From Glaciecola sp. (GTDB taxonomy: Bacteria > Pseudomonadota > Gammaproteobacteria > Enterobacterales > Alteromonadaceae), in contig JAAZVZ010000003.1 of NCBI GenBank assembly GCA_018623155.1, forward strand, positions 59,373 through 123,372: 64,000 nucleotides of DNA, given 5' to 3'. Shown in pieces: positions 1-10,103 of the stretch. Position 1 is the stretch's first letter. Every line of letters starts with the position of its first letter. Below the pieces are notes generated by a model that saw only the letters and a list, made by a program, of their open reading frames with translations, did not search any database and was not told the origin of the DNA. The translations under genes and the position numbers were made by a program.

Positions 1-401
1 GCACTGACTCCGATAGCAGTAAAACCAATAATTGCGCCAATAATAGAATGCGTCGTTGAAACCGGCCAACCGAAATATGAAGCTACGGCTAACCAAATCC
101 CTGCAGATAACAATGCCGAAATCATACCCAGAACGAGATAATGGGGTACATCAACAAAATAAGCGGTATCAATAATGCCTTTACGGATAGTAGAAGTAAC
201 TTCTCCACCTGCCAAGTAAGCGCCTGCAAACTCAAACACCATGGCAATAAGAACTGCTTGTTTGAGAGTCAGTGCTTTTGAGCCCACCGATGTGCCCATG
301 GCGTTAGCAACGTCATTGGCTCCAATACCCCAAGCCATGAGAAAACCCACGCCTGCAGCAAGTAAGATGAGTAATAAACCATAGGTTTCTAAAATTGTCA
401 C
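1..401 (-). CDS. pit: PiT-family inorganic phosphate transporter, N-terminal part only (gene continues past the left edge)
   Basis: Not in the ORF track (edge-truncated, GTG start at 399-401). My minus-strand translation reads VTILETYGLLLILLAAGVGFLMAWGIGANDVANAMGTSVGSKALTLKQAVLIAMVFEFAGAYLAGGEV... It carries the GANDVAN signature of PiT/Pho4 permeases. An in-frame stop at 426-428 bounds the start. Confidence 0.8.
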   Translation of the reverse strand, partial: MTILETYGLLLILLAAGVGFLMAWGIGANDVANAMGTSVGSKALTLKQAVLIAMVFEFAGAYLAGGEVTSTIRKGIIDTAYFVDVPHYLVLGMISALLSAGIWLAVASYFGWPVSTTHSIIGAIIGFTAIGVS

Positions 402-499
402 AGTCCAGCCTTTCGTCGAGACAAATCAGATAAAGTGCGGATGATACACAAAAATATTCATCTATTATAGGTTATGAACAAAAAACTTAAATGAAACTT

Positions 500-1234
500 T
501 TATGACTTTAGCAGAGCCTGAATTTTTTTCTGAATCTTTTTGTCGCTATTATGTCGAAGATTTTTTCCACCCGCCAAATAAACCAAATATTCACAGAGGT
601 TTATACAGCGGTCTGCAATCCGCTCAAAAGAACGGATAAGTGTATTTACGTCTAACCAATAATGAATATGTTCAACATGTTGTTGTATCTCTTGTTCAAG
701 TTGTAAGCGAAGCTCATTGTATTTTTCATCGACCTTGCGCTCTTGAGCAAATATATTCATCGTCGTTTTAAGATCTTGTCTAGCAAAAGCGTTAAAGGTA
801 TCGCGTAAAATAGTCTGTACATCTTGCGCCATGTGGGTAATACCAAGTTTTAGCTGATCGCTATAAACAAATTCAGCTGAATTGACAAATTGAGCAATTT
901 TTTCAATCTCATCACCCATTCTCTCCAGCTCAATGACCATTTTTGAAACTGTTATCACCAATCTCAAATCACTTGCAGTCGGGTTTCTTGTAGCTAATAT
1001 TCGCAAGCATTCTTGGTCTATTTCGACTTCCATTGCGTTAATTTTGACATCGTTTAACATAACTTTTTCAGCTAACTTAACATCGTGATGTAACAGTGCT
1101 TCTAGGGCATCTTGAAATTGCACTTCAATCTCTCCACCCATCACTAACACTGCGTTACGCAGATCTTCGAGCTCCCTATTAAAAGTCCGCGATATGTGAG
1201 AATTTAAACGTGAATTATCTGAAAAATTAACCAT
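500..1234 (-). CDS. phoU: Phosphate signalling/transport regulator PhoU
   Basis: 244-aa ORF with the two-repeat PhoU architecture ([13 protein letters not shown] and [14 protein letters not shown] motifs). It lies directly downstream of pstB with an 8-nt overlap. Confidence 0.9.
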   Translation of the reverse strand: MVNFSDNSRLNSHISRTFNRELEDLRNAVLVMGGEIEVQFQDALEALLHHDVKLAEKVMLNDVKINAMEVEIDQECLRILATRNPTASDLRLVITVSKMVIELERMGDEIEKIAQFVNSAEFVYSDQLKLGITHMAQDVQTILRDTFNAFARQDLKTTMNIFAQERKVDEKYNELRLQLEQEIQQHVEHIHYWLDVNTLIRSFERIADRCINLCEYLVYLAGGKNLRHNSDKKIQKKIQALLKS

Positions 1235-2033
1235 AACGCCCCGTTATATAATCTTCCGTTTGCTTGTGTTTTGGCTGAGTAAATAGTTTATCAGAATCAG
1301 CGTACTCAACTAGCTCACCTTGATGGAAAAAAGCAGTATAGTCCGATAATCGAGCGGCTTGTTGCATGTTATGAGTAATCATCACAATCGTGGTGGTTTT
1401 TTTAAGTGATTGCATTAATTCTTCAATGTGTAATGTCGCCAGAGGATCAAGGGCTGAAGTCGGTTCATCCAGTAGAAGAATCTTGGGTTTTAATGCTAAT
1501 GCGCGTGCAATCATCAAACGTTGCTGTTGACCACCTGACAAAATAGCAGCTGAAGCAAATAATTGGTCTTTCACTTCATCCCATAAAACTGCACTTTTCA
1601 AAGCCCGTTCAACCGCTTCATCTAGTTGGCGACGAGGGATTTCTTTTTGTAAGCGCAAACCAAACGCAACATTATCGTAAATAGACATAGGAAACGGATT
1701 AGGGGTCTGGAAAACCATTCCCACCTGAGTTCTCAGTTTGGCAACGTTCACTTTTTTGTTATGGATATTTTGTCCATCGATGATAACGCTTCCTGTACAA
1801 CGATGATTTTTATTCAAATCATTCATGCGATTCATGCTGCTGATCAAAGTCGTTTTTCCACAGCCACTTTGCCCAATTAAGCTTGTGATCCTATGCTTAG
1901 GGATCACCATAGAAATGTTATCTAAAACGATTTTCTTGCCATAATAAACTGAGAGTTCACTCATCTCGACAGCGATTTCCTCGGCACCAAGCTTTTTAAG
2001 TGCAGGTCTTGAGCTTTTAAACAATTTTACCAT
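1227..2033 (-). CDS. pstB: Phosphate ABC transporter ATP-binding protein PstB
   Basis: Walker [13 protein letters not shown] signature LSGGQQQRL, Walker B LLLDEP, and the PstB-typical C-terminus [12 protein letters not shown]. Confidence 0.95.
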   Translation of the reverse strand: MVKLFKSSRPALKKLGAEEIAVEMSELSVYYGKKIVLDNISMVIPKHRITSLIGQSGCGKTTLISSMNRMNDLNKNHRCTGSVIIDGQNIHNKKVNVAKLRTQVGMVFQTPNPFPMSIYDNVAFGLRLQKEIPRRQLDEAVERALKSAVLWDEVKDQLFASAAILSGGQQQRLMIARALALKPKILLLDEPTSALDPLATLHIEELMQSLKKTTTIVMITHNMQQAARLSDYTAFFHQGELVEYADSDKLFTQPKHKQTEDYITGRYG

Positions 2034-3554
2034 TTAGCTATACCTCTCATATCGCTGACGTAGCTTTGCACGCAAAATGGCAGCTAGCAAATTCAAACTA
2101 AGAACCACTATAATCAAAAGTAAACAAATCGCAAACATCATTGATTGATTGTCAAACGTATTTGATGAATGAAATACGCTATCAAAAATCAATACACCTA
2201 GGTGCATAAATTGACGCTCAAGATGCAAATAAGGAAAAGTGTCATCAACGGGTAAGGTCGGAGCATAAATGACAGCTCCCACTAATAAAAGTGGCGCTAC
2301 TTCACTGGCAGCTCTGGCAACAGACAAAATCGCGCCCGTTAAAATATTAGGTGATGCCATGGGTAATACATTAAAGCGAATCGCTTCGTATTTTGTTGCT
2401 CCTAGCGCAAGTGCACCGTTGCGTAAAGCTTGTGGCACTTGTTGTAAGCCCTCTTCAGTTGCCACAATGACTGTGGGTAAAGTCAACAATGCCATCGTAA
2501 TTGACGCCCACAAAATCCCAGGCGCACCAAAGGTTGGACTGGGCAAATTTTGAGCATAAAAAGCCTGATCGAGTTGTACGCCTAACCCCATGACGAATAA
2601 CCCAAGACCAAATACGCCATAAACAATTGATGGAATACCAGCCAAGTTAATGATGATCACTCTAATCCCTGTTACCAAATAGTTCTCAGGCGCATATTCG
2701 TGCAAATATATGGCGGTCAATACTCCTATTGGCATAACAAACACCGTCATCAAAAAGACCATCAGGATGGTTCCAAACAATGCAGGGAAAATACCCGCAC
2801 TTCCACTAGAAGCATTGTGATCACTGGTTATAAAACGCCAAATCTCTCCTATACTAAACCAAATTTTATCCCCAAATGACATATCATTTGGCTGCCATAC
2901 TAGAGCGATGTCTGATACTGAAAACACTTCAGATATGTCATCAGTAAACTGGATCAGTGCCTGATTCTGTTGCTGTTCGATGTGCAATTGTCTTTTTTGC
3001 TCATGCAAATTATGTAACTCAGCACTGAGTCTGACAAATACTGGAGCTGTGTACGGGATAGATTGCTGTGAATACTGTGCAAAACGCAATTCTAAGGGGT
3101 AAATTTTTGTGTTGAGTTGCTCTATTTGCTTGGCAAATATCTTATTTTCATCTAACTGCCTTTGCCACTCAGCTTTACTGAATGGCTTTTCACCCAATTG
3201 AATATCTCGTGCAAAAAGTATCTTTCCCGTTCGGGTTTTTAAACCATAGATTTGTGGAAGTCGTTCAAGTTGTTGGTTCACGAGCTCTATTTGAGTGCTT
3301 TGTAACTCTTTATCTATCGGATTAAACCAATGTAGTGTGGACTGATTTTCACCTCTTTGTTCAACCATTGCTAGAACCGTTGATGCAAAAGCTGGATGAG
3401 TGACTTGGTAAATTGGTTTAACTGAAAAGTGAGCCATGCCTTTGGCAACAACAAGCAACAAAATGAGTAATAGAGAAAGCGTAAGCAATCCAGTTGCAAC
3501 TAAGGGTACATTGACTATACAAAAACGTCTAAACCAAGCTAGGGACAATATCAT
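2034..3554 (-). CDS. pstA: Phosphate ABC transporter permease PstA, long form (about 506 aa)
   Basis: Track ORF is 2034..3608. I prefer the ATG at 3554 (MILSLAWFRRF...), which makes an ATGA overlap with the pstC stop. The C-terminal half matches the PstA permease core (ALGATKYEAIRFNVLPMASPNILTGAILSVARAASEVAPLLLVGA). About 210 aa are inserted after the first TM segment. Confidence 0.85.
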   Translation of the reverse strand: MILSLAWFRRFCIVNVPLVATGLLTLSLLLILLLVVAKGMAHFSVKPIYQVTHPAFASTVLAMVEQRGENQSTLHWFNPIDKELQSTQIELVNQQLERLPQIYGLKTRTGKILFARDIQLGEKPFSKAEWQRQLDENKIFAKQIEQLNTKIYPLELRFAQYSQQSIPYTAPVFVRLSAELHNLHEQKRQLHIEQQQNQALIQFTDDISEVFSVSDIALVWQPNDMSFGDKIWFSIGEIWRFITSDHNASSGSAGIFPALFGTILMVFLMTVFVMPIGVLTAIYLHEYAPENYLVTGIRVIIINLAGIPSIVYGVFGLGLFVMGLGVQLDQAFYAQNLPSPTFGAPGILWASITMALLTLPTVIVATEEGLQQVPQALRNGALALGATKYEAIRFNVLPMASPNILTGAILSVARAASEVAPLLLVGAVIYAPTLPVDDTFPYLHLERQFMHLGVLIFDSVFHSSNTFDNQSMMFAICLLLIIVVLSLNLLAAILRAKLRQRYERYS

Positions 3555-5302
3555 TGTAGACGTCCTCTGGCTTTTTTGTTGCGTTGTCGCAGCCATTCGG
3601 CAGAACAATTGAGTACAAAAGTGAATAAGAACAGCACTAAAGCAGTTAAAAACAACACAACAAGATGACTGTTCTGAGAGTTTGCCTCAGGCATTTCAAT
3701 CACCAAGTTAGCCGTCAAAGCCCGTAAACCAGTAAAAATATCCCATTCTGCAACTGGGGTATTTCCCGAGACCATCAAGACGATCATAGTTTCACCAAAC
3801 GCACGACCAAAGCCCAGCATGACTGCAGCCATCAACCCAGGAAAAGCCGTGAATAAGACAATTTGAGATAGTGTCTGTACCCTTGTAGCCCCCAGAGCAT
3901 AAGACGCTTTAATCATTGTTTTTGGCACTCCGTTGATCGCATCCTCCGCTAAAGAAAAAATAGTTGGTGCAATGCCAACGCCTAACCCTAGTGCCACAAC
4001 TAGCATAATTTGATTACTTGGCGTGACCGTTTGTATCCATGACCAAGTTGTTAGCCATGTCCCTAAAGCACTGGAGAGCCATAAAAAACAAAGTAAGCTC
4101 AATACAACAATAACTAACTCAAAACGAATAAACAGACGCTCAAATTTGGAGCGCTTACACAATTGATATACGTAAGCATTCAAGGCCATATAGATTGGTA
4201 AGAGCGCGACAAAAGTCACAACACTCCACAAAATGCTCACTGCTACATTGAACAAAAATGTTGCGGCAATCAGGCCTATGATAACTGCTGGTATCGATTC
4301 AAGCACTTCAATGACAGGCTTAAGCCATGTTCTGGCATTACTTTTTGCTAAAAAACCAACATAAATTGCTGCACCAAGGGCTATAGGTAACGCGACAACA
4401 AGAGAAATAGCCGAAGCTTTTAAACTGCCAATTATCAAAGGCATTATATTATATTTACGCAACTGATAATCTTGAGCAGGGTTGGTTTGCCACGTTAAAG
4501 AAGCGTTGTCATACCCAGGAAAAGCATGAGGCAAAAATAACTCTTTAAGTGTCACACTGGCCTCTAAATCGAATACCTCTACGGTAATTACATTATCGTC
4601 AAAACGCAATTTTATTGAGTCACGCTTGGCAGTATCTAATCCACCAATTCCTTCGAGTTCAACCTCAGTTAAGGCCTCTGCGGTGACTAGATTTAGCATG
4701 ACTAACTGAGTTACCCCATCTTTGTGGAGTAATAGATGTACGATGTTATGAATATCAGATTCAATAACAGATACGAGTCGTTGTTCTTTGCTCAATTCAA
4801 AAAGCAAAAGAGATTGCAAAGGTTTATTTGCTTGCCAATGCACTCTAAATAGTTGTGTAGCGTCATATGTCTCTGAGACAACAAGATAAAATACAAATGG
4901 AATATTACTGGGAAATACCTGAGTGACTTTTGCAAAAGGACTCGTTGCAACTAACTGTTTGGATTGAAATAGTTCTAACTGCCCAGCATTGTATACAAGT
5001 GTCACATCTTGACTTGGGTGAGTTTGAGACAATCGTTCATTCTGACTAGGTAAATCAGGTATATATGCCACATCATCACTTGGTGACAACGAGTCTGTGT
5101 GCAGGTTATCTGCAGTGATTATTGGCTCTATCTGCACTTCATAGCTTGGTTTGGTAAACACTGGGAAGGAACGAATAACAAGTGTTGCAATTAAAATGAT
5201 AAAAGAGGTAACAACGACAAATGCACTTAAAGCAGACAAAAAATAGAAGGTATTCGCCTTGCGAAATCGAAATAAATGCTGTGCGAACCCGAGGAAATGC
5301 AT
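3551..5302 (-). CDS. pstC: Phosphate ABC transporter permease PstC, long form (about 583 aa)
   Basis: The C-terminal half matches the PstC core (ASYALGATRVQTLSQIVLFTAFPGLMAAVMLGFGRAFGETMIVLMVSGN). The track ORF extends to 5434, only 8 nt from the divergent ppk start. I prefer the ATG at 5302 (MHFLGFAQHLFRFRK, then TM1), which leaves a 140-bp divergent control region. The start remains uncertain because no good SD is present. Confidence 0.8.
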   Translation of the reverse strand: MHFLGFAQHLFRFRKANTFYFLSALSAFVVVTSFIILIATLVIRSFPVFTKPSYEVQIEPIITADNLHTDSLSPSDDVAYIPDLPSQNERLSQTHPSQDVTLVYNAGQLELFQSKQLVATSPFAKVTQVFPSNIPFVFYLVVSETYDATQLFRVHWQANKPLQSLLLFELSKEQRLVSVIESDIHNIVHLLLHKDGVTQLVMLNLVTAEALTEVELEGIGGLDTAKRDSIKLRFDDNVITVEVFDLEASVTLKELFLPHAFPGYDNASLTWQTNPAQDYQLRKYNIMPLIIGSLKASAISLVVALPIALGAAIYVGFLAKSNARTWLKPVIEVLESIPAVIIGLIAATFLFNVAVSILWSVVTFVALLPIYMALNAYVYQLCKRSKFERLFIRFELVIVVLSLLCFLWLSSALGTWLTTWSWIQTVTPSNQIMLVVALGLGVGIAPTIFSLAEDAINGVPKTMIKASYALGATRVQTLSQIVLFTAFPGLMAAVMLGFGRAFGETMIVLMVSGNTPVAEWDIFTGLRALTANLVIEMPEANSQNSHLVVLFLTALVLFLFTFVLNCSAEWLRQRNKKARGRLQ

Positions 5303-5442
5303 ACTAAGGTGATGTTTTTTTTTGACAAGTCTACCCCACCATCTAGTAGGACACAAGATTCTACAAAGATAACCAATTAATTTTCTTAAAATTGTAATAT
5401 AATCAATGTATAAGGATATTTTTTCACAGGGCATAACGAATC

Positions 5443-7545
5443 ATGGACAATCACAGTATGTATTACCCTAAAGAGCTCAGTTGGCTTGCCTTTAATGAGA
5501 GAGTCCTGCAAGAAGCTTCCGATACCAATAATCCGGTTGTTGAACGTTTGCGTTTCTTAGGCATATATTCAAACAACTTAGACGAGTTTTTTCGGGTTCG
5601 CGTAGCAGAGTTAAAACGTTCCATTTCAATTGCTGAATCAAAAGAATTCACCCAGGAAGCTGAAGAAAAAAAAGCATTACTTGAACAAGTTCAAAAAAGA
5701 GTTATTAAGCTTTCTCGTCAGTTTGACAACATTCATCGGGATATTATTTCCACCTTACAGCGCTACAACATTTACATCGAGAAAGCCGAAACCATATCGG
5801 CGTTTCATCGCGAGTGGGTAGAATCTTTGTTTTTTAATAAAATACTAAGACACATTGCCCCCATATTGGTGCACAACAAAGTCGACTTATCACAACGCCT
5901 TAATGGCAGTGCGTTGTATTTTTATGTGGCATTGAAGCGCACTGAGCGGGCAACAAAATATGCAGTAGTACAAGTCCCAACCGAAGAAATGTCGCGTTTT
6001 ATTTTGCTACCATCAGCAAAAAGTAAAAAAGAAAAACGTATCATCCTTCTCGATGATATTGTCAAAATGTCGATGCCAACCATCTTTAAAGGCTTTGTCC
6101 CTTTTGACGAGATTGAAGCTTATTCATTTAAACTGACTCGTGATGCTGAATACTCAATCAATGATGAGATCGACGAAAGTTATGTCGAAAAAATGTCTGA
6201 GAGTATGAAACAGCGCTTGATAGCTGAGCCCGTGCGTGTCATCCACGACCTTAACATGCCAGAATATATGATTCGAGATTTGGCAAAGCGACTCAAAATT
6301 AAATCCTCTGATACGCTCCAAGAAGCGGGGTATTACCGAAACTTCCGCGATTTTATTGGTTTTCCTAATGTTGGCCGACAATATTTAGAAAATGCGAAGC
6401 TTCCTGCGATCAGCTCACAACAGTTCAACCATTTTGATACGGTATTTGACGCAATCAGTTATCATGACGTACTGCTCTATTACCCGTATCATCGCTTCTT
6501 ACATTTTACTGAATTTTTACGCCAAGCTGCATTTGACCGCAAAGTAACTCATATATATATCAATGTTTATCGTCTTGCATCCCAATCAAGGGTGATTAAC
6601 TCTTTGATTGATGCTGTAGATAATGGCAAAAACGTTACCGTGGTAGTTGAGCTTCGTGCGCGTTTTGATGAAGAAGCCAATATTGAGTGGTCTAAGCGAA
6701 TGAAAGATGCTGGCATCAAGGTCGTCTTTGGCAACCCAAATATCAAGATCCATTCAAAATTGTGTGTCGTGTCGCGTGAAGAGCGCGGTGTGAAACAACA
6801 CTATGCCCATTTTGGTACCGGAAATTTTAATGAAAAAACAGCAAAAATCTACACTGATTATGCGTTGTTCACCAAGAATCAGGACTTAGCCCAGGAAGCT
6901 CTACAAGTTTTTGACTTCATCATTAACCCTTATCGCAATGTGAAGTTCCAGCATTTACAAGTTTCCCCTATCAACTCGCGGACCAAAATCCAGTCACTTA
7001 TTCGACAAGAAATTCAAAATCTCAACCAAGGTTTACCGTCTGGTATAACATTAAAAATCAATAACCTAGTAGACTATGAATTGATTGATGATCTGTATCG
7101 CGCCTCTCAGGCAGGCGTCCAAATCAGAATGATCATTCGTGGTATGTGTGCATTACGCCCTGGTGTACCTGGTTTAAGTGAAAATATTTCTGTTATCAGC
7201 ATTGTTGATCGCTTTTTAGAGCACCCTCGAGTTATGATTTTTGAGGGCGGTGGTGATAAAAAAGTATACATCTCCTCTGCAGATTGGATGACTCGAAATT
7301 TGGAGAAACGCATTGAGGTAGGTTGTCCAATTTACTCACAACGTTTACGCGAGCAAATTACTAATATGATTGAGTTGCATTTTAACGACACTTTAAAAGC
7401 CCGTGTCATTGACGCGGAACAAACCAATGCCTATGTAAAACGCGGAAATCGTCGTTTGTTGCAATCACAAATCGAGACCTACAAGTACTTGCAAGCGCTT
7501 GAAGAATTACCGTATTATCAAGAAAACACTGATACGGCAGATTAA
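5443..7545 (+). CDS. ppk: Polyphosphate kinase 1
   Basis: 700 aa, collinear with E. coli PPK (KELSWLAFNERVLQEA, RFLGIYSNNLDEF, TGNFNEKTAKIYTDY, SSADWMTRN). Confidence 0.97.
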   Translation: MDNHSMYYPKELSWLAFNERVLQEASDTNNPVVERLRFLGIYSNNLDEFFRVRVAELKRSISIAESKEFTQEAEEKKALLEQVQKRVIKLSRQFDNIHRDIISTLQRYNIYIEKAETISAFHREWVESLFFNKILRHIAPILVHNKVDLSQRLNGSALYFYVALKRTERATKYAVVQVPTEEMSRFILLPSAKSKKEKRIILLDDIVKMSMPTIFKGFVPFDEIEAYSFKLTRDAEYSINDEIDESYVEKMSESMKQRLIAEPVRVIHDLNMPEYMIRDLAKRLKIKSSDTLQEAGYYRNFRDFIGFPNVGRQYLENAKLPAISSQQFNHFDTVFDAISYHDVLLYYPYHRFLHFTEFLRQAAFDRKVTHIYINVYRLASQSRVINSLIDAVDNGKNVTVVVELRARFDEEANIEWSKRMKDAGIKVVFGNPNIKIHSKLCVVSREERGVKQHYAHFGTGNFNEKTAKIYTDYALFTKNQDLAQEALQVFDFIINPYRNVKFQHLQVSPINSRTKIQSLIRQEIQNLNQGLPSGITLKINNLVDYELIDDLYRASQAGVQIRMIIRGMCALRPGVPGLSENISVISIVDRFLEHPRVMIFEGGGDKKVYISSADWMTRNLEKRIEVGCPIYSQRLREQITNMIELHFNDTLKARVIDAEQTNAYVKRGNRRLLQSQIETYKYLQALEELPYYQENTDTAD

Positions 7546-7547
7546 CG

Positions 7548-9074
7548 TTGGCGTTACCTGAAGAAATTGTTCAAGAGCTCAATGAAGCACAATATCCTCA
7601 TATTGCTGCTTTAGATTTAGGCTCGAACAGCTTTCACCTTGTGATCACTCGCATCGTATCTGGTTCTCTGCAAATTGTTCATCGCATCAAACAACGAGTT
7701 CACCTAGCGGACGGTCTAGATGATACAGGTGTCTTATCGCAAGATGCTATTGAACGCGGTATTGCAGGCCTAAAGGTTATGAGCGAAAGCCTGCAAGGAT
7801 TCAAACCTGAACAAGTTCGCATTGTGGCTACCTTTACTTTACGCAAAGCGCGTAACGCTCACGAGTTTATCTCTCGAGCTAAGCACATATTGCCCTACCC
7901 GATCGAAGTGATTTCTGGAATAGAAGAAGCACGTTTAATTTATTCTGGTGTAGCGCATACGGAACACGATGAAGGTCGTCGTTTTGTTGTTGATATTGGC
8001 GGTGGTTCGACTGAATTTATCATTGGGAAAGGCTTTCAACCATTAGTGTGTCGCAGCACCCAAATGGGCTGTGTATCCTTTACCAAACGTTTTTTTGCAG
8101 ATGGTAAAATCAATAAAACTCGGTTTAAGCAAGCGGTTACTGTTGCGAGACAAACCCTGAGTTTACTCACGAACCATTACCGTTATATTGGCTGGGATAA
8201 CTGTATTGGTACTTCTGGTACTATCAAAAATATACTATTACAAATCACCTCACAACAAGAATCTGAATACGCCAACATCACATTACATGATCTCAAACGC
8301 TTGCGTGATGAAGCCATTGTCGCGGGTCATCATGAGCGTCTTTCACTTGGCGATGGAAACGCTGACCGAGCTTCAGTTTATGCCGCCGGGTTAGCCATTT
8401 TGATTGGCATCTTTAAGAGCTTTTCGATTGAATCTATGCGCTTTGCAAGCTCTGCTTTACGTGAGGGGGTGATGTATGAGATGCAATCCGACTTGTGGCA
8501 ATCGCAAACCAGAGAGCGCACCATACAGGGCTTAACCGAACGCTACTCAGTCGATATTGCGCAAGCTAAACGGGTTTTACAAAGTACACATTATATGCTT
8601 GAACAAGTCCCTACAGATTGGCTATGCCAGCGTGAAGCGCTTAAAAGCATGCTTGGCTTCGCTTGCCTTCTGCACGAAACTGGTATTGCAATCAACTCAA
8701 GAGGTTATCATCGTCATTCTGCATATATCATCGAACATTCGGATTTGGCTGGTTTCAATCTAGAAGAGCAAGGTTTGTTGACTTTATTAGTCAGAGCATG
8801 TCGGAAAAAAATCAAACTTGAATTGTTCCCCGCTTTCGAACAATTCGACGCTGAAGAAGTTACACGAATGCTGACGCTTTTGAGACTGAGTGTTTTACTC
8901 AACCAAAAAAGGCAAAATGATATCTTACCTAACTATACGCTCAAATGTGAAGGCAATCGTATATCGTTAAAATTTGCAAAAAACTGGCTTAAAAACAAGC
9001 CTGTATTCAGTGCAGATTTAATAAGAGAGGCGCATTGGCTGCGCCTCATCAATATCGATTTGCAATTATCCTAA
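7548..9074 (+). CDS. ppx: Exopolyphosphatase
   Basis: 508 aa with a TTG start 2 nt after the ppk stop. Ppx/GppA motifs are present (DLGSNSFHLV, DIGGGSTEF, HRHSAYII), collinear with E. coli Ppx. Confidence 0.9.
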   Translation: MALPEEIVQELNEAQYPHIAALDLGSNSFHLVITRIVSGSLQIVHRIKQRVHLADGLDDTGVLSQDAIERGIAGLKVMSESLQGFKPEQVRIVATFTLRKARNAHEFISRAKHILPYPIEVISGIEEARLIYSGVAHTEHDEGRRFVVDIGGGSTEFIIGKGFQPLVCRSTQMGCVSFTKRFFADGKINKTRFKQAVTVARQTLSLLTNHYRYIGWDNCIGTSGTIKNILLQITSQQESEYANITLHDLKRLRDEAIVAGHHERLSLGDGNADRASVYAAGLAILIGIFKSFSIESMRFASSALREGVMYEMQSDLWQSQTRERTIQGLTERYSVDIAQAKRVLQSTHYMLEQVPTDWLCQREALKSMLGFACLLHETGIAINSRGYHRHSAYIIEHSDLAGFNLEEQGLLTLLVRACRKKIKLELFPAFEQFDAEEVTRMLTLLRLSVLLNQKRQNDILPNYTLKCEGNRISLKFAKNWLKNKPVFSADLIREAHWLRLINIDLQLS

Positions 9075-9083
9075 GTGTTACAG

Positions 9084-9980
9084 TTAAGCCTTAGAAGCTT
9101 GATAAATCGCTTCAATAGCATTATCCAAAGCCTGATTAAACTCTGCATCACTTTGTTGAGCAGTCAAACCTTGTGTTAACGCTCGTGAAAAGCTGGCAAT
9201 CATACCTGAATTGCGTGATAAACGTGCATTTGCTTCATCGCGTGAGTATCCGCCAGACAATGCGACAACCTTAATAACATTAGGGTGGTCAACGCACGCT
9301 TGATAAAAACCGTCCACTTCTGGCAAGGTAAGCTTTAACATCACAAGTTGATCCGCATCTAAGCTATCGAGTTGTGCAAGTAACGCATCTTTCAGTAATG
9401 TTTCACATTCAGATTTTGTTGCGCTGGTAATATCGACTTCAGGTTCAATGATCGGAACTAAACCTGCTGCAATAATTTGCTTACCTACGGTAAATTGTTG
9501 TGCCACCACCGCATTTATACCATCAACATTCGCTGACTTAATCACAGAGCGCATCTTAGTACCAAAAACATTTTGGGCATTCGCTTTGGCAAGCAGACTA
9601 TCCAACTCAGCCATTGGTTTCATTAATTGAACGCCATTGGCTTCCTCTTCAAGACCTTTATCTACTTTTAAAAAAGGAACGACGCCCTTTTCTTCCCAGA
9701 GAAAATTCGCTGACGATTTGGCGTTAATCTCACGGTCTAGGGTATTTTCAAATAAAATCGCCCCAAGAACTCGTTCACCATTAAACGACGCGTCTGTAAT
9801 GATACGGGTTCGCATCTCATGAACTTTCGTAAACATCTCATTGTCATTATTGTATGCGTCGGCCTCGACGCCATACAATGCGAGTGCTTTAGGGGTTGAG
9901 CCGCCACTTTGGTCAAGCGCAGCAATAAAACCATTGCCAGAGCGTACTTTCTCTAGCATGGTGACTTGGACTGAAGACAT
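9084..9980 (-). CDS. fda: Fructose-bisphosphate aldolase, class I (Schiff-base type)
   Basis: 298 aa. From memory it is strikingly similar along its whole length to staphylococcal class I Fda ([68 protein letters not shown]). SD GGAGG lies upstream. Confidence 0.88.
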   Translation of the reverse strand: MSSVQVTMLEKVRSGNGFIAALDQSGGSTPKALALYGVEADAYNNDNEMFTKVHEMRTRIITDASFNGERVLGAILFENTLDREINAKSSANFLWEEKGVVPFLKVDKGLEEEANGVQLMKPMAELDSLLAKANAQNVFGTKMRSVIKSANVDGINAVVAQQFTVGKQIIAAGLVPIIEPEVDITSATKSECETLLKDALLAQLDSLDADQLVMLKLTLPEVDGFYQACVDHPNVIKVVALSGGYSRDEANARLSRNSGMIASFSRALTQGLTAQQSDAEFNQALDNAIEAIYQASKA

Positions 9981-10103
9981 AGTGTCTACCTCCGATGTAG
10001 GCCTCTTTGAAAAGAGGTGTAGGGTTACAGATTCACTTCCATTTCACTGTTTTTTTTATTATTATTTTGGCGATAAATAGAAGCGGTTTGTTATAAGTAG
10101 TTC

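Noticed and set aside
5303-5442. Search for Pho boxes (CTGTCAT-N4-CTGTCAT) in the pstC/ppk divergent region. Also noted the T9/A9 homopolymer at about 5315-5323.
   Set aside because: Only weak half-site resemblances turned up (TTGTCAA near the pstC start, TCACAG near ppk), without the 11-bp phasing. I cannot call a PhoB site by eye. The A9 run lies just upstream of my preferred pstC start, or encodes KKK if the longer ORF is real. There is no evidence for phase variation without population data.
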